DNA from: Fimbriimonadia bacterium
GTDB taxonomy: Bacteria > Armatimonadota > Fimbriimonadia > Fimbriimonadales > JABRVX01
Direction of reading: 5' to 3'
Assembly: GCA_041483895.1 (NCBI GenBank)
Contig: JBGPGO010000001.1
Coordinates: forward strand, 128,001 to 192,000
Length of the DNA stretch: 64,000 nt
Shown: positions 40,614-51,200 of the stretch, in pieces
Layout of the letters: each line of letters begins with the position of its first letter
Position numbering within the stretch: the stretch's first letter is position 1
Program-made: the position numbers and the translations under genes
Notes under the pieces: model-generated
Database searches by the model: none
Seen by the model: only the letters and a program-made list of their open reading frames with translations
What the model was told of the DNA's origin: nothing

Positions 40614-41459
40614 TTGAAGTCGCGTCCGCCGGTGTTTGTGATCACTCTACTCGCGATGATCGCCTTCGCGGCAAACTCCCTCCTCTGCCGACTGGCGCTA
40701 AAAGAAACAAGCATCGACGCGGCGACATTCACGGCCATTCGCATCCTTTCCGGCGCGGTGGTTCTGTGGCTAATCACGCGGCTTCGAGGTGGACCGCTCA
40801 ATCCGCCGGGGAATTGGCTTTCGGCGCTTGCCCTCTTCGCATACGCAGCCGAATTTTCGTTTGCCTACATCAGTTTGCCTGCGGGGACTGGCGCGTTGCT
40901 GCTTTTTGGGTCGGTTCAGGCCACGATGATCGGGTATGGGCTTTGGTCTGGGGAGCGCTTTCGGCTCCGGCAGGTAGCCGGATTGGCGCTCGCGTTCGGC
41001 GGTCTGGTCGGCCTCTTGCTGCCCGGTCTCACCGCGCCACCGCTGCAGGGGTCCGCGTTGATGCTTGCCGCCGGCGTTGCTTGGGGTGTCTATTCGCTGC
41101 GCGGCAGAGGCGCCGGCGATCCAACGCAGATTACGGCGGGGAATTTCTTGCGTGCCGTCCCTTTTGCTGTGGCGCTGAGATTGGCCGTGCCGTCTTCAAT
41201 CTCATTTGGCGCGGGTGCCTGGTATGCAATTGCGTCCGGCGCTCTTGCTTCAGGAGTTGGCTACGCCGTTTGGTACACGGCGCTAAAAGAGTTGAAGGCC
41301 ACCCATGGGGCGACAGTGCAGCTCAGCGTTCCAGTAATTGCGGCGACGGGAGGCATACTGTTCCTGGGCGAGCATGCAACTCTACGCTTGGCGCTTGCCT
41401 CCGTTGCCATATTGGGCGGCATCGCACTGGTGATTCTCGGTCGAAATCGGTCGGAATGA
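40614..41459 (+). CDS. DMT/EamA family transporter
   Basis: AFAANSLLCRLAL, FT.IR..SGA, about 10 TM helices, VQLSVPVIA. Confidence 0.88.
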   Translation: MKSRPPVFVITLLAMIAFAANSLLCRLALKETSIDAATFTAIRILSGAVVLWLITRLRGGPLNPPGNWLSALALFAYAAEFSFAYISLPAGTGALLLFGSVQATMIGYGLWSGERFRLRQVAGLALAFGGLVGLLLPGLTAPPLQGSALMLAAGVAWGVYSLRGRGAGDPTQITAGNFLRAVPFAVALRLAVPSSISFGAGAWYAIASGALASGVGYAVWYTALKELKATHGATVQLSVPVIAATGGILFLGEHATLRLALASVAILGGIALVILGRNRSE

Positions 41460-41477
41460 TTGGAGTAACATTGAATC

Positions 41478-41882
41478 ATGCCAGGCAACACCCCTGATAA
41501 GTTCATCATCAAAGCCGCGAAAGCAGGAGACTCCGCAGCCGTTCGCGAGCTCCTAAAGACCGACCGCTCCCTAATCAACGCGAAGGACACGGACGGCTCG
41601 ACGCCGCTCCATTGCGCTGCCTGGAAAGGGCATCCGGAAGTTGTGAGTGTCCTCCTAGATCATGGAGCGGACATCAATGCTCGCAATCAGAATGATCACT
41701 GGGGAGATACGCCGCTTCACGCCGCCGCGCATGGCAATCAAAGGACGGTCGCCGAGGTCCTGATTGCGCGCGGCGCTGACCTCCAGGCAAAGAATCCGGC
41801 CGGTCGCACCCCATTGCAGGAGACGGAGATTCACAAAGCAACTGCGGTCGCGAAACTGCTTCGGGAACACGGAGCTACATAG
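41478..41882 (+). CDS. Ankyrin repeat protein
   Basis: Repeated G.TPLH.AA..G....V..L...GAD units. Confidence 0.92.
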   Translation: MPGNTPDKFIIKAAKAGDSAAVRELLKTDRSLINAKDTDGSTPLHCAAWKGHPEVVSVLLDHGADINARNQNDHWGDTPLHAAAHGNQRTVAEVLIARGADLQAKNPAGRTPLQETEIHKATAVAKLLREHGAT

Positions 41883-42000
41883 TTAATTTTGGGTGGGTCA
41901 TGCCGATCACGCCGATCCGACCCATGGCCACCGGCTGACCTGGTGCAAAGGGACATTCGAAGTGGTACTCCGCTCCCACCGCTGGATAGCGCCAGTACTG

Positions 42001-44289
42001 TCAGCCGCCGAGGTTCCACGATCGAATGATTTGGCCCGTCTCCACGCTCCGCAACTCCGAAAGCTGGCCATCGATCCACCATCCCACGGTGAGGAAGCTC
42101 TTGCTGTCCGGCGCAAAGCCGATGAGGCCGTCGTCGGCGATGTTGAACGTGCCGAGTCGAATAACCTGTTTGCCGGTCTCTAGGTTCCAAAGCGCGCTGC
42201 CGTTGGGACCGACGCCGTTATCGGGGGTTGGATTGAATTTCACCAAGCAGTACCTGCAGTCCGGACTGAGCAATGTTCGGCAGACGGTGCCCGCATTATG
42301 GAGATTGTTCAGCTCCTTGCCCGTCGCGGCGTCCCAGATTCGAATCGTCCCGTCCTCTCCGCCCGTCACGATGCGGCTTCCGTCGTTCGTAAAGTAAGCA
42401 TCAACGACATAACCTGAGTGGCCGACAAATCGTTGTGTTTCTTTCCCGGTGCGGATGTCCCATATCTGCGCAATGCCGTTGAGGGATGCGGTCAAGATGC
42501 TGTGCCCATCCGGGCTGAACACCGCCGTTTCGAATCCACCGGTCCCGTCCTTCTCTGCAATGTCCCGCAATCTCCTGCCTTTCGCCACAACCAACACACG
42601 GACTTTGGAGCACCCATCCATTAGAGCAAGAACGAGCCTTCCGTCATGACTCCATCGCGCCTCGCCGTCTGTATCGGTGGCGATGAGCCGCCCGCGCCGA
42701 GAAGCCACATCCCAAATTCGGATCGCGCCGCCTGTTTCGGTGGTCAAGATGCGCTTGCCGTCAGGACAGAATTGGAGGGTCTCGATCGGGTTTTCCGCGC
42801 CCTCAAGCTGGGCAACCTGCTTACCGTCGTCCGCATTCCACAGCCGCAGTGACCGATCCGTCGACGGCTCCTCCGAACTGGGCTTAGTTCCCCCACTGGC
42901 TGTGGCTATCAGTTTGCCGTCTGGGCTGAACGCGACCGCGCCGTCTTGGGGAGTGCCGCTGCCAGCTAGCGCCGACGTCTTTCCCGTCTCGGTATCACAC
43001 AGGCTGATGCCCTGGAAGCGCGCCTCAAGAACCCGCTTCCCATCCCAGTCGAGCGTGGGATTGAAGCGGGTCTCGCTCCAGCTACTCCCCGCTCGAAAGT
43101 CGTTCGAGACTCGGTTTTCTCTTCCTTGCAGGCCGTACGCATCGTGGGCGATAATGCACCCCGCGCGCATCACCAACCCGGTTTGAGTGTTTCGCATGAC
43201 GGACTTCTGCCACTGACGGCCGAGGGTATAGAAGCTCTTTCCATCCGGCGCGAAACCGACCAGCCCCTCGGTATCCCAGTGATTGAACCGCCGAATCTCC
43301 TTTCCCGTTGCCAAATCCCAAAGTGTCATGCCGAATGGGACCTCAACGCCGTTATTCGGCTCCCAAAGGGCCAGGCAGTATCTGCCGGCGGCGATCGCGA
43401 TCCGGTCCACCGCTCCCGGATTCGGAAGGCTCTGCAACTCTTTTCCTGTCGCCGGATCCCAGATCTTCACCATCTTGTCCCGCGCTCCGGTCACGACCCG
43501 TTTTGCGCCTTCGATAAACTGTGCGTCGTGGACGAACCCACGATGTCCGACGAATCGCCGTATCTCCTTGCCGGTCGTGGCATCCCAAATCTGAGCGATG
43601 CGGTCTGTGGAGGAGGTGAGGATCGTTTTCGCGTCCGGACTGAAAACGGCGGTCTCCATGAAGCCCTGCGGAGTGCGGCAAATCTCTTTTCCCGTCATCG
43701 AATCGTAGACGATGGCGTGAAATCCACCGGCGTTCAGGCAAAGGATCGTCTTGCCGTCCGGGCTGAAGCCGACTGATTTGTTGGACGCGATCGTATTCGG
43801 CGGAGGCTCGATGTCGAGCATCTGCTTCTTCGTGCCGATGTCCCAAACCCGAATCGCGCCGGTGTTATCCGTGCCGACAATTCGCTTGCCGTCTGGGCTG
43901 AAAGCTACCGATTCGACCGTAGCATTGAATCCTTCAAAAACGGCGAGCCGCTTGCCGGTGCGGGCATCCCACACGCGAATCGTAGGATCGGGCGGCATGC
44001 GATTCCATGGAGGCGCTATAAGGCCGCCTACGGCAACCAATCGGGTGTCTGGGCTGAGAGCAACGCAGCTAGTATTTCCTTTGTGGGTATCGAAGCGCCG
44101 AATCAACCGCCCCGTGCCGGCCTCCCACAGAAAAGCGTACGGCCCTCCGCATGTCAGAACCCGCTTGCCATCGTAGGCGTAGAAAGGGCTGAACTGCCCC
44201 GACCATTGGCTTCCCGAATGGCTGACGCTCTGCGCATCGCAACCCAGCGTCCCGATCAAGGCACAAAGACTGAGCGCGAACAGCTTCAC
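42001..44289 (-). CDS. WD40 repeat lipoprotein with two duplicated propeller halves
   Basis: Lipobox TLGC; many FSPDGK...WD..TGK repeats. Confidence 0.88.
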   Translation of the reverse strand: MKLFALSLCALIGTLGCDAQSVSHSGSQWSGQFSPFYAYDGKRVLTCGGPYAFLWEAGTGRLIRRFDTHKGNTSCVALSPDTRLVAVGGLIAPPWNRMPPDPTIRVWDARTGKRLAVFEGFNATVESVAFSPDGKRIVGTDNTGAIRVWDIGTKKQMLDIEPPPNTIASNKSVGFSPDGKTILCLNAGGFHAIVYDSMTGKEICRTPQGFMETAVFSPDAKTILTSSTDRIAQIWDATTGKEIRRFVGHRGFVHDAQFIEGAKRVVTGARDKMVKIWDPATGKELQSLPNPGAVDRIAIAAGRYCLALWEPNNGVEVPFGMTLWDLATGKEIRRFNHWDTEGLVGFAPDGKSFYTLGRQWQKSVMRNTQTGLVMRAGCIIAHDAYGLQGRENRVSNDFRAGSSWSETRFNPTLDWDGKRVLEARFQGISLCDTETGKTSALAGSGTPQDGAVAFSPDGKLIATASGGTKPSSEEPSTDRSLRLWNADDGKQVAQLEGAENPIETLQFCPDGKRILTTETGGAIRIWDVASRRGRLIATDTDGEARWSHDGRLVLALMDGCSKVRVLVVAKGRRLRDIAEKDGTGGFETAVFSPDGHSILTASLNGIAQIWDIRTGKETQRFVGHSGYVVDAYFTNDGSRIVTGGEDGTIRIWDAATGKELNNLHNAGTVCRTLLSPDCRYCLVKFNPTPDNGVGPNGSALWNLETGKQVIRLGTFNIADDGLIGFAPDSKSFLTVGWWIDGQLSELRSVETGQIIRSWNLGG

Positions 44290-44722
44290 TACAACTTACT
44301 TCCCCCCGGTGCGCGGAGCCGGCGCACACCACGCTTTAGACGAACGGAGGAGGTGCGGGATACTCTGGAATCGCTGGGAAATTCGATGGTGGTGCATTCT
44401 GGACGCATTTCGAACTTCCGCAAGGCTCTGAGGCCGGCCGGCAGCAACCTGAGAAATGAGGCTCTGTGGCTATCTTGGCTCGCAAATCGGGACGAAGAAG
44501 CTATCTATGGCCGTCACGGGACACGTTTTCGAGTTGCACGTGCTCGTCAGCGAATGCTAGGCAATGCGGAATGGGCAATCTCGCGGCAGCAGATTTCGCC
44601 GACCGATTGCGACCTTCTGAGCCGCAGTTCGACCTGGCAATGTCCAAATGGTATGCTGAGTTACTCCCGCGTACGGTATTGATGGCCCTTCCGTCCACTT
44701 GGTCCGCTGGTTCAACTGCAAG

Positions 44723-44885
44723 GCTGTCGGCTAGGCTGTCAACTGGGCTGTCAAAATGGGCTCGCCTGACAATTTCCGCGCGGTATCGTGGGGCAATTCC
44801 CTGTTCGATTTTGACCGCCTTGTCGTCCGCACTCCCAAATTGTTGATTTGAAGCGCTGTCGGCTAGGCTGGCAATTGGGCTGTCA
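44723..44885 (+). repeat. 31-bp direct repeat pair upstream of the defence operon
   Basis: GCTGTCGGCTAGGCTGTCAACTGGGCTGTCA (44723-44753) and GCTGTCGGCTAGGCTGGCAATTGGGCTGTCA (44855-44885), 29/31 identical. Confidence 0.8.
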
Positions 44886-45022
44886 GATAAACTCTCGGAA
44901 TCGATTTGTTCTCCACCCGCATAACCGGGCGGATTAGAGGAATCTTATGGTCACGTGAAGTAGTGGATGGTATTCTGGCCTACTTCCGGTCGAATCGTCT
45001 TAGAACTCCAGGAGTGAATTGA

Positions 45023-48000
45023 GTGGTATCCGACACCAAACCCGGCTTACCCCGAGTAGGTATGCTGGCCATTATTCGGAATAGACGTGCCGTCGTGGAT
45101 TCCGTCGAGCCCTACGACGGCGCAGGCGGTCGCCTGCATATGGTCCGCCTGGAATACATGGACGCTGACGGCATCCAGAGCGACCAAATCCTTTGGGAGC
45201 GCGAGGTTTCCACAAAGCTCATTGAACCCGCGCAACTCCCGCGAATCTCTCAAGCTGGACCAATGTCTGGAGACAATTTCGATGCGCTGCAGCGAGCAGT
45301 TCGGTGGACCGCCCTAAGTCGATTCGGCGTTGCGGAGGAAGGGACATGCGTGCCTATAGCCGCCCCTCTCTTCGGTTCGATTCAGGTCGAAGATTATCAG
45401 CTTGTGCCGATCGCGAAGGCGCTGGATATGCCGAGGGTATCGCTTCTCCTGGCAGATGATGTGGGTCTCGGCAAGACCGTCGAGGCTGGCATGCTCCTGA
45501 CAGAACTGATCGTCAGACGTCGAATTCAACGCGTGTTGGTGTTGACGCCAGCATCGCTCTGCAGCCAGTGGCAGCAGGAGTTGCTCGAAAAATTCGCCCT
45601 GTCATCCGACCTGGTTGATCGAGCGTCAACCTACTATCTTCAGAAGAGGCTTGGCCTTGACGCCAATCCTTGGAGAACATTCCCTCGCATAATTTCCTCT
45701 TATCACTACCTTCGCCAAGCGGATGTACTGGAGCAGTTTCTCTCAGTGTGCATCGGCCACATGAAGCATGCGCGGATGCCCTGGGATCTATTGATCGTTG
45801 ATGAAGCTCATAACCTGACTCCCTCCGGATTTGGTGACGACAGTGAACTTGCCAAGATGTTGAGGCGTATTGCCCCATATTTCGAACACAAGCTGTTTCT
45901 TACGGCAACACCCCACAATGGCCACACACGCAGCTTCACGGGTCTGTTAGAACAACTCGATCCTGCGCGATTCACTCAAAAGTCCGAGTTCAGCCAATCG
46001 GAGAAAGACCGGATCAAGCAGGTTGTTGTTCGCAGGCTTAAGCACGAGATCATCGAGCAAGATCGTCGGATCGGCCGGATACCGCGTTTCTCCGAGCGCC
46101 ATCTCACGCCTCTCCCATTGTTTCTTGGTTCAGAAGAACAGAGGGTATCGACGGCATTCCGCGAATTTCGGAAAGCAGCTGCGCGCGATCGTTCGGATCC
46201 TGCTTCGTTCGCAATCGAAGTGCTGAACAAGCGATTACTGTCGTGTCCTTATTCATTCGCCGACTCTTGGCACCGGTTCAGAGAAGGTGTCGAACAAGAG
46301 GAAGCCGACCAAAGGGTGGTCATCGCAGCGCGAAGAGCCGCAGAAGAAGAGGTAATCGATGAGCAGGAAGCAGAAATCCGTGTCCGACATGCAGTTAAAG
46401 CAACAGGTGCTTGGTTCAAAGGGCTTGCAGAGATTCACGCGGATCGAATAGGTAATGTGGACGCGGCTCTTATGGCATTGGGGCTGTCACCCGGCGAAGA
46501 TGGCGATGCCAAAGCGCCCAGTTCTGATGCCCGCTTCGACCGCCTTCTAGATCTCATCCGGCAAAGGCTGCGTATAGGCGATACGTGGGTTGAAGATGAA
46601 CGCCTAGTCATCTTCACGGAATACAAGACGACCCTAGACTATGTTGAACGCAGGCTCCGAGAAGAGTTTCCCGACGAACTGCGCATTAGAGTTCTATTTG
46701 GAGGCTTGCCGGAGGAGGTGCGCGACAAGGTCAAGCAGGCCTTCAATGATCCTAACGATCCTGTACGAATCCTAGTTGCAACCGATGTTGCATCAGAGGG
46801 CTTGAACCTTCAGGAGACGGCAAGACTCTTATTGCACTACGACATTCCGTGGAATCCGGCTCGGCTGGATCAGCGTAATGGCCGCCTAGACCGCCACGGC
46901 CAGGCGCGCGACGTGGAGGTCTTCCATTTTACGAGCGACGAAGATGCCGATCTCAAGTTCCTCTCCTACGTCATCGGCAAGGTTAACTCCATTCGCGAAG
47001 ATCTAGGATCCATGGGAGAAGTCTTCGATCGCGCATTTGAGCGCCGTTTCCTCGACAACATCGACGCATCCCTTATTGAGCGTGGCATCGAGGACGGGGT
47101 CCGTGAACGAAAGGACCGAGCTGAGTTCGAACACGATCAGGATCTGGGCGGCGAGGAGCTTAGTGCCGTCGCAAGCTTCAAGGATGAAATTGACCTCAAT
47201 CCTGATACGATACGATGGACAGTGGAAACAGCCCTAGGTATAAAGGTCGGCCTGCCAAGGCTCGAAGACGTCGGAAACGGTCGTTACCGCCTCCTGCAGC
47301 CTCTGCCTGCGCGATGGGAAAACGTACTGGACGATTCAGTGCGAATTAACAGTGGACGCGAACTGGGGCCGCTGCGCCAGCTCCTTTTCGATCCCGAATG
47401 CCTGGTTGAGGTTAGAAGTGGGCGCCCCATTTTCCGGAGTGCAAAGGATACCGTGTTGCTGCATCTCGGACATCCAGTCGTGAAATTGGCACTGGCGACG
47501 ATCGCGCGTGAACGGTTCCCCGGTGCCGCAGACGGACCAACCCAAAGCCGGTGGACCGTCCGGCACGGTGACCTGCCATCCGGCGCAGAGGCTCTTGTTC
47601 TCCTAACGGTCGAAGAGATGGGTGTAAACCTGTTGCGGGAACCTTTTCATCACTGGGTTCGCACACTACGATTTCCTGTCGCCGACGGAACGGTCGGTGA
47701 TCTGCTCCCTCATGTGGCCGCAGCGAAGGACAGACCCGCACCGACTGTCTTGGATGCATCGGCCATTCGTCGCGCTCAGGACATTTGGGATGAGGTAGAG
47801 AGCGAAATTGCCGACAGATTGCAGAAGTACTCAATCGTGCTGAACGACGAAATCTCAGCGAAGATGATCGATGTGCGGCAAGCAGCCCAATCCGACGAAA
47901 AGAAGCGTTTCACCAACCGAATTGCCGAGGTCAAGCAACAAATGTCGGAGACCAAGATCAACACAATCGCCCGCGAGCGAAACAAGCTGATTGCAGAAAT

Positions 48001-48217
48001 GATGCAGGGGGTGCTCTTCGACGAAGATAGACGCATCGCTGAGGAACGGCTGAAGGATTTGGAATCAGAACTCGAGAATCGCCAGCGAAACCTGCGAGGC
48101 CTGTTGGAGTATCTGGAAAATGAGCGCGATCGAGTACTTGATTACGTTGTTCCACAACGGTTTGCCCTAAGGGGCCAGGTTCACGTCTTCCCTGTAACAG
48201 TGGAGATCCGCCTATGA
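45023..48217 (+). CDS. drmD: DISARM DrmD-like SNF2 helicase
   Basis: LADDVGLGKT, DEAH, LTATPHNG, IFTEY..T, ATDVASEGLNLQ, PWNPARLDQRNGRLDRHGQ; C-terminal coiled coil; AGGAG RBS. Confidence 0.8.
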   Translation: MVSDTKPGLPRVGMLAIIRNRRAVVDSVEPYDGAGGRLHMVRLEYMDADGIQSDQILWEREVSTKLIEPAQLPRISQAGPMSGDNFDALQRAVRWTALSRFGVAEEGTCVPIAAPLFGSIQVEDYQLVPIAKALDMPRVSLLLADDVGLGKTVEAGMLLTELIVRRRIQRVLVLTPASLCSQWQQELLEKFALSSDLVDRASTYYLQKRLGLDANPWRTFPRIISSYHYLRQADVLEQFLSVCIGHMKHARMPWDLLIVDEAHNLTPSGFGDDSELAKMLRRIAPYFEHKLFLTATPHNGHTRSFTGLLEQLDPARFTQKSEFSQSEKDRIKQVVVRRLKHEIIEQDRRIGRIPRFSERHLTPLPLFLGSEEQRVSTAFREFRKAAARDRSDPASFAIEVLNKRLLSCPYSFADSWHRFREGVEQEEADQRVVIAARRAAEEEVIDEQEAEIRVRHAVKATGAWFKGLAEIHADRIGNVDAALMALGLSPGEDGDAKAPSSDARFDRLLDLIRQRLRIGDTWVEDERLVIFTEYKTTLDYVERRLREEFPDELRIRVLFGGLPEEVRDKVKQAFNDPNDPVRILVATDVASEGLNLQETARLLLHYDIPWNPARLDQRNGRLDRHGQARDVEVFHFTSDEDADLKFLSYVIGKVNSIREDLGSMGEVFDRAFERRFLDNIDASLIERGIEDGVRERKDRAEFEHDQDLGGEELSAVASFKDEIDLNPDTIRWTVETALGIKVGLPRLEDVGNGRYRLLQPLPARWENVLDDSVRINSGRELGPLRQLLFDPECLVEVRSGRPIFRSAKDTVLLHLGHPVVKLALATIARERFPGAADGPTQSRWTVRHGDLPSGAEALVLLTVEEMGVNLLREPFHHWVRTLRFPVADGTVGDLLPHVAAAKDRPAPTVLDASAIRRAQDIWDEVESEIADRLQKYSIVLNDEISAKMIDVRQAAQSDEKKRFTNRIAEVKQQMSETKINTIARERNKLIAEMMQGVLFDEDRRIAEERLKDLESELENRQRNLRGLLEYLENERDRVLDYVVPQRFALRGQVHVFPVTVEIRL

Positions 48218-51200
48218 CTACTCTCCGAGGCGACGTCGACCAGCCAAATTGGTGGTCTTCCCTCAAGCACGGCGGTTTGCTTATTGCACCTTCCAAGCTG
48301 ATGGAATGCTTTCCGTATGGCACATTTCCGCTAAGGCGCGACAAGACCGAAGCGTTACGTCGTTCCGTCACGCTTGCACGAGCAGGAGGGAGCGATGCCA
48401 CATCTCGTCTTCTTGATACGGTCTTCGATGAAGTTCTCGGCTTAAGTCCTGACGGCTGGAAGAAGGGCAACGCGGTAGACGCAAGCTGGGGTCACAAGAT
48501 GGCGAATGGGCGAAGTGTTAAGCCGAGACGTATTTGGATGGCACCGAACGGCTGGACCTTCCCTGTCTTTGTCACCGAAGATTCGCAGCGATTGGGAATC
48601 GGCCGCGGTCGCAGGGAGATATCGCTCGTAGTCGAGTGGCTCCGTCGAACAGGCCGCCTGATCGCGCTCATTACGAACGGTGTGCAATGGCGGCTGATCC
48701 ACGCTGGCAGCGATTACGAGGCGTGGTGCGAATGGGATGTAGAGTTCTGGTTTGAATCCGGCAATCCCGCGCCACAGCTCGATGCACTACGAATCCTTCT
48801 GGGATCGGACTCGCTTACTGCAGCGGAACCGGATGAACTTCCGGCTCTTGTTCAAGCGATCCTGGCGTCCCGGCAAGGCCAAGCAGAATTATCCACTTTG
48901 CTCGGGGAACGGGTTCGACAAGCGGTCGAACTCACAATTCGAGAGAGTGCCGGAACCCTTAGGGACCTTGACAATGATGCGGAAACCCGCAGGGCAATTT
49001 ACGTGGCTGCAACTCGCGTAGTAATGCGTTGTGTAGTCGTTTTGTTTGCGGAAGCACGTGATCTTCTGCCTCGAGATAACCCCATCTATCATGGCTCATA
49101 TGGAATCCAAGGATTGCGAGAGCAATTAGATCGACAGGCGGGGGGCAGGGGACACGAGAGATTGCGAGACCGATGCTCAGCATGGCCGCGAATGCTATCG
49201 CTCTTCCGTCTGGTCTACGAAGGATCGGATCACGAAGCCCTACCTGTGTTGAGATATGGTGGCGGCCTCTTCGTGCCTGGTGACAGAAACTCTAAGGACT
49301 TGATTCTGAAGGCGCTCGGTGCATTTGAAGACACACGTAATACTCCCGCGGACGCTACGGTCCATAGAATCCTTGAGCTGCTCTGCCGTAGCAAAGTGAA
49401 AGTCCGTCAGGGGCGAGGCAGTATTTGGGTGGAAGCGCCTGTGGATTTTTCTGACCTCTCATCAGAGTACATCGGCATCCTCTATGAAGGGCTATTGGAC
49501 TATGAGTTAAGGAGGACGGAAGCCGACGAGTCGATTCTTTTCGTGAACGTTGGCGATCAGCCGGCATTGCCTCTTTCGAGATTGGAACAAATGGATGATA
49601 AGACGCTGTCTTCCCTAGTCGAGAAATTCAAGAAGTCAAGAAAATTGGATGGCGAAGACGCCGAAGAAAACGACGACGAAGAAGAGCCATTAGAAGATGA
49701 GGAAAGCGAGGAAGAGCCAGAAGTACCAATCGAAGTGATTCCGGATCAGGACGTCGACGACGGCGATGAAGCGCGTCTTTGTCGTGAACGGGCTCATGCC
49801 TGGGCCATACGAGCCGTTATGGCAGGCAAGCTTGTCGCCAAGCCTCGCGGAAGACTCACTGCGGAATCACAGGCGCGATACGAGCAAGCGGTGGAAGCGG
49901 CCGCTCACGCTTTGGTTACACGGATTGTGCTGCCCGGTGATTGGTTCCTGGTCCGATGGGGTGGAACGAGAAAGGGCGCTGGGACATTCTACACTCGACC
50001 ACAACTTGCTGTGCCAACGACACGTCGAACTCTGCAACCGCTCGCCTATGACCCTTTGCGCAAGGAAATCGACCAACGCTCCGGGCTCGAAATTATCCGT
50101 GAGTGGGCGCCGAAGCTGCCCGAGGAGATCCTCAGCCTAAAGGTTTGTGATCCCGCGATGGGCTCCGGGTCCTTCTTGGTGGCAGCACTCCGGTTTCTGA
50201 CGCAAGCACTTTATGAAAGCCTCTATCATCATGGCCGCATCGAGGCTCACGGCGAAAGTGCTCTGTGCAGACTGGCGGATGGAAAAGACACGAACAGCCT
50301 GCTCGAAGAAACCCTCCCCGTGTCGCCCGACGATCCGGATTTTGAAGAGCGATTGAAGGCAAGGCTCAAACGGTATGTGGTGGAGCGCTGCCTTTACGGG
50401 GTGGACCTCGACCCATTGGCGGTCGAACTGGGCCAAATGGCGCTATGGATCGAGACGATGGACCGCGAACTGCCTTTCGAATTCCTGGATCACAAGCTCA
50501 AGTGCGGCAATTCCCTTGTCGGCTGTTGGTTCGACCGGTTTCTTGATTATCCCGTGCTTGCCTGGAACCGGGAAGGCGGCGACAAGGAACACAGGAACGG
50601 TACGCATTTTGAGAGGGCGGCATGGACAAACGCAATCAAGTCGAAGCGCGAGGCTGTAAAGTCCGACATGGCGCGACTGCTGGGCCAGCCTGAGTTATTT
50701 GCCGAGAACAAGGCTGCACAGTTCGCACTTGAAACTCGGGAGAAAGCGCTGAAGGACGTCGAGTATGTCCACAGCCTATCCATCGGCGATGAGGACACAC
50801 GATCCCAGGCCTACAAGGATCTTTTCCACGGAAGTCAAGCGATAATGCGTCTTCGCCGTGACCTCGACACCTGGTGTGCGATCTGGTTCTGGCCTTCGGA
50901 CAAGCTCGCGGATGCACCGATGCCACTGTCGCAGTTCAAACCTGTCTCCGAGACAAATCTCATCGTCGAGGATATTGCGAGGGTTCATCGCTTCTTCCAC
51001 TGGGAGTTGGAGTTTCCGGATGTTTTTCGCAGCAATGGCTCAGGCTTCGATGCGGTCGTTGGAAATCCGCCTTGGGAGACGCAAAAGCCGAATTCCAAAG
51101 AGTTCTTCTCCAACCATGACCCACTCTATCGATCGTACGGCAAACAAGAAGCCATCGGAAAACAGAGAGAGTTGTTCACAGAGACGTCCGAAATAGAGAA

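Noticed and set aside
44309..44327. Group II intron 5' end (GTGCG hairpin)
   Set aside because: No domain V motif and no RT ORF.
44387..44415. tRNA 3'-end remnant or att site (minus strand GTTCGAA...CCACCA)
   Set aside because: The T-stem does not pair, spacing to CCA is wrong, and no integrase or second copy is seen.
44083..44846. ORFs 44083-44682 and 44466-44846 as genes
   Set aside because: No recognisable motifs, overlapping frames, and partly antisense to the WD40 gene.
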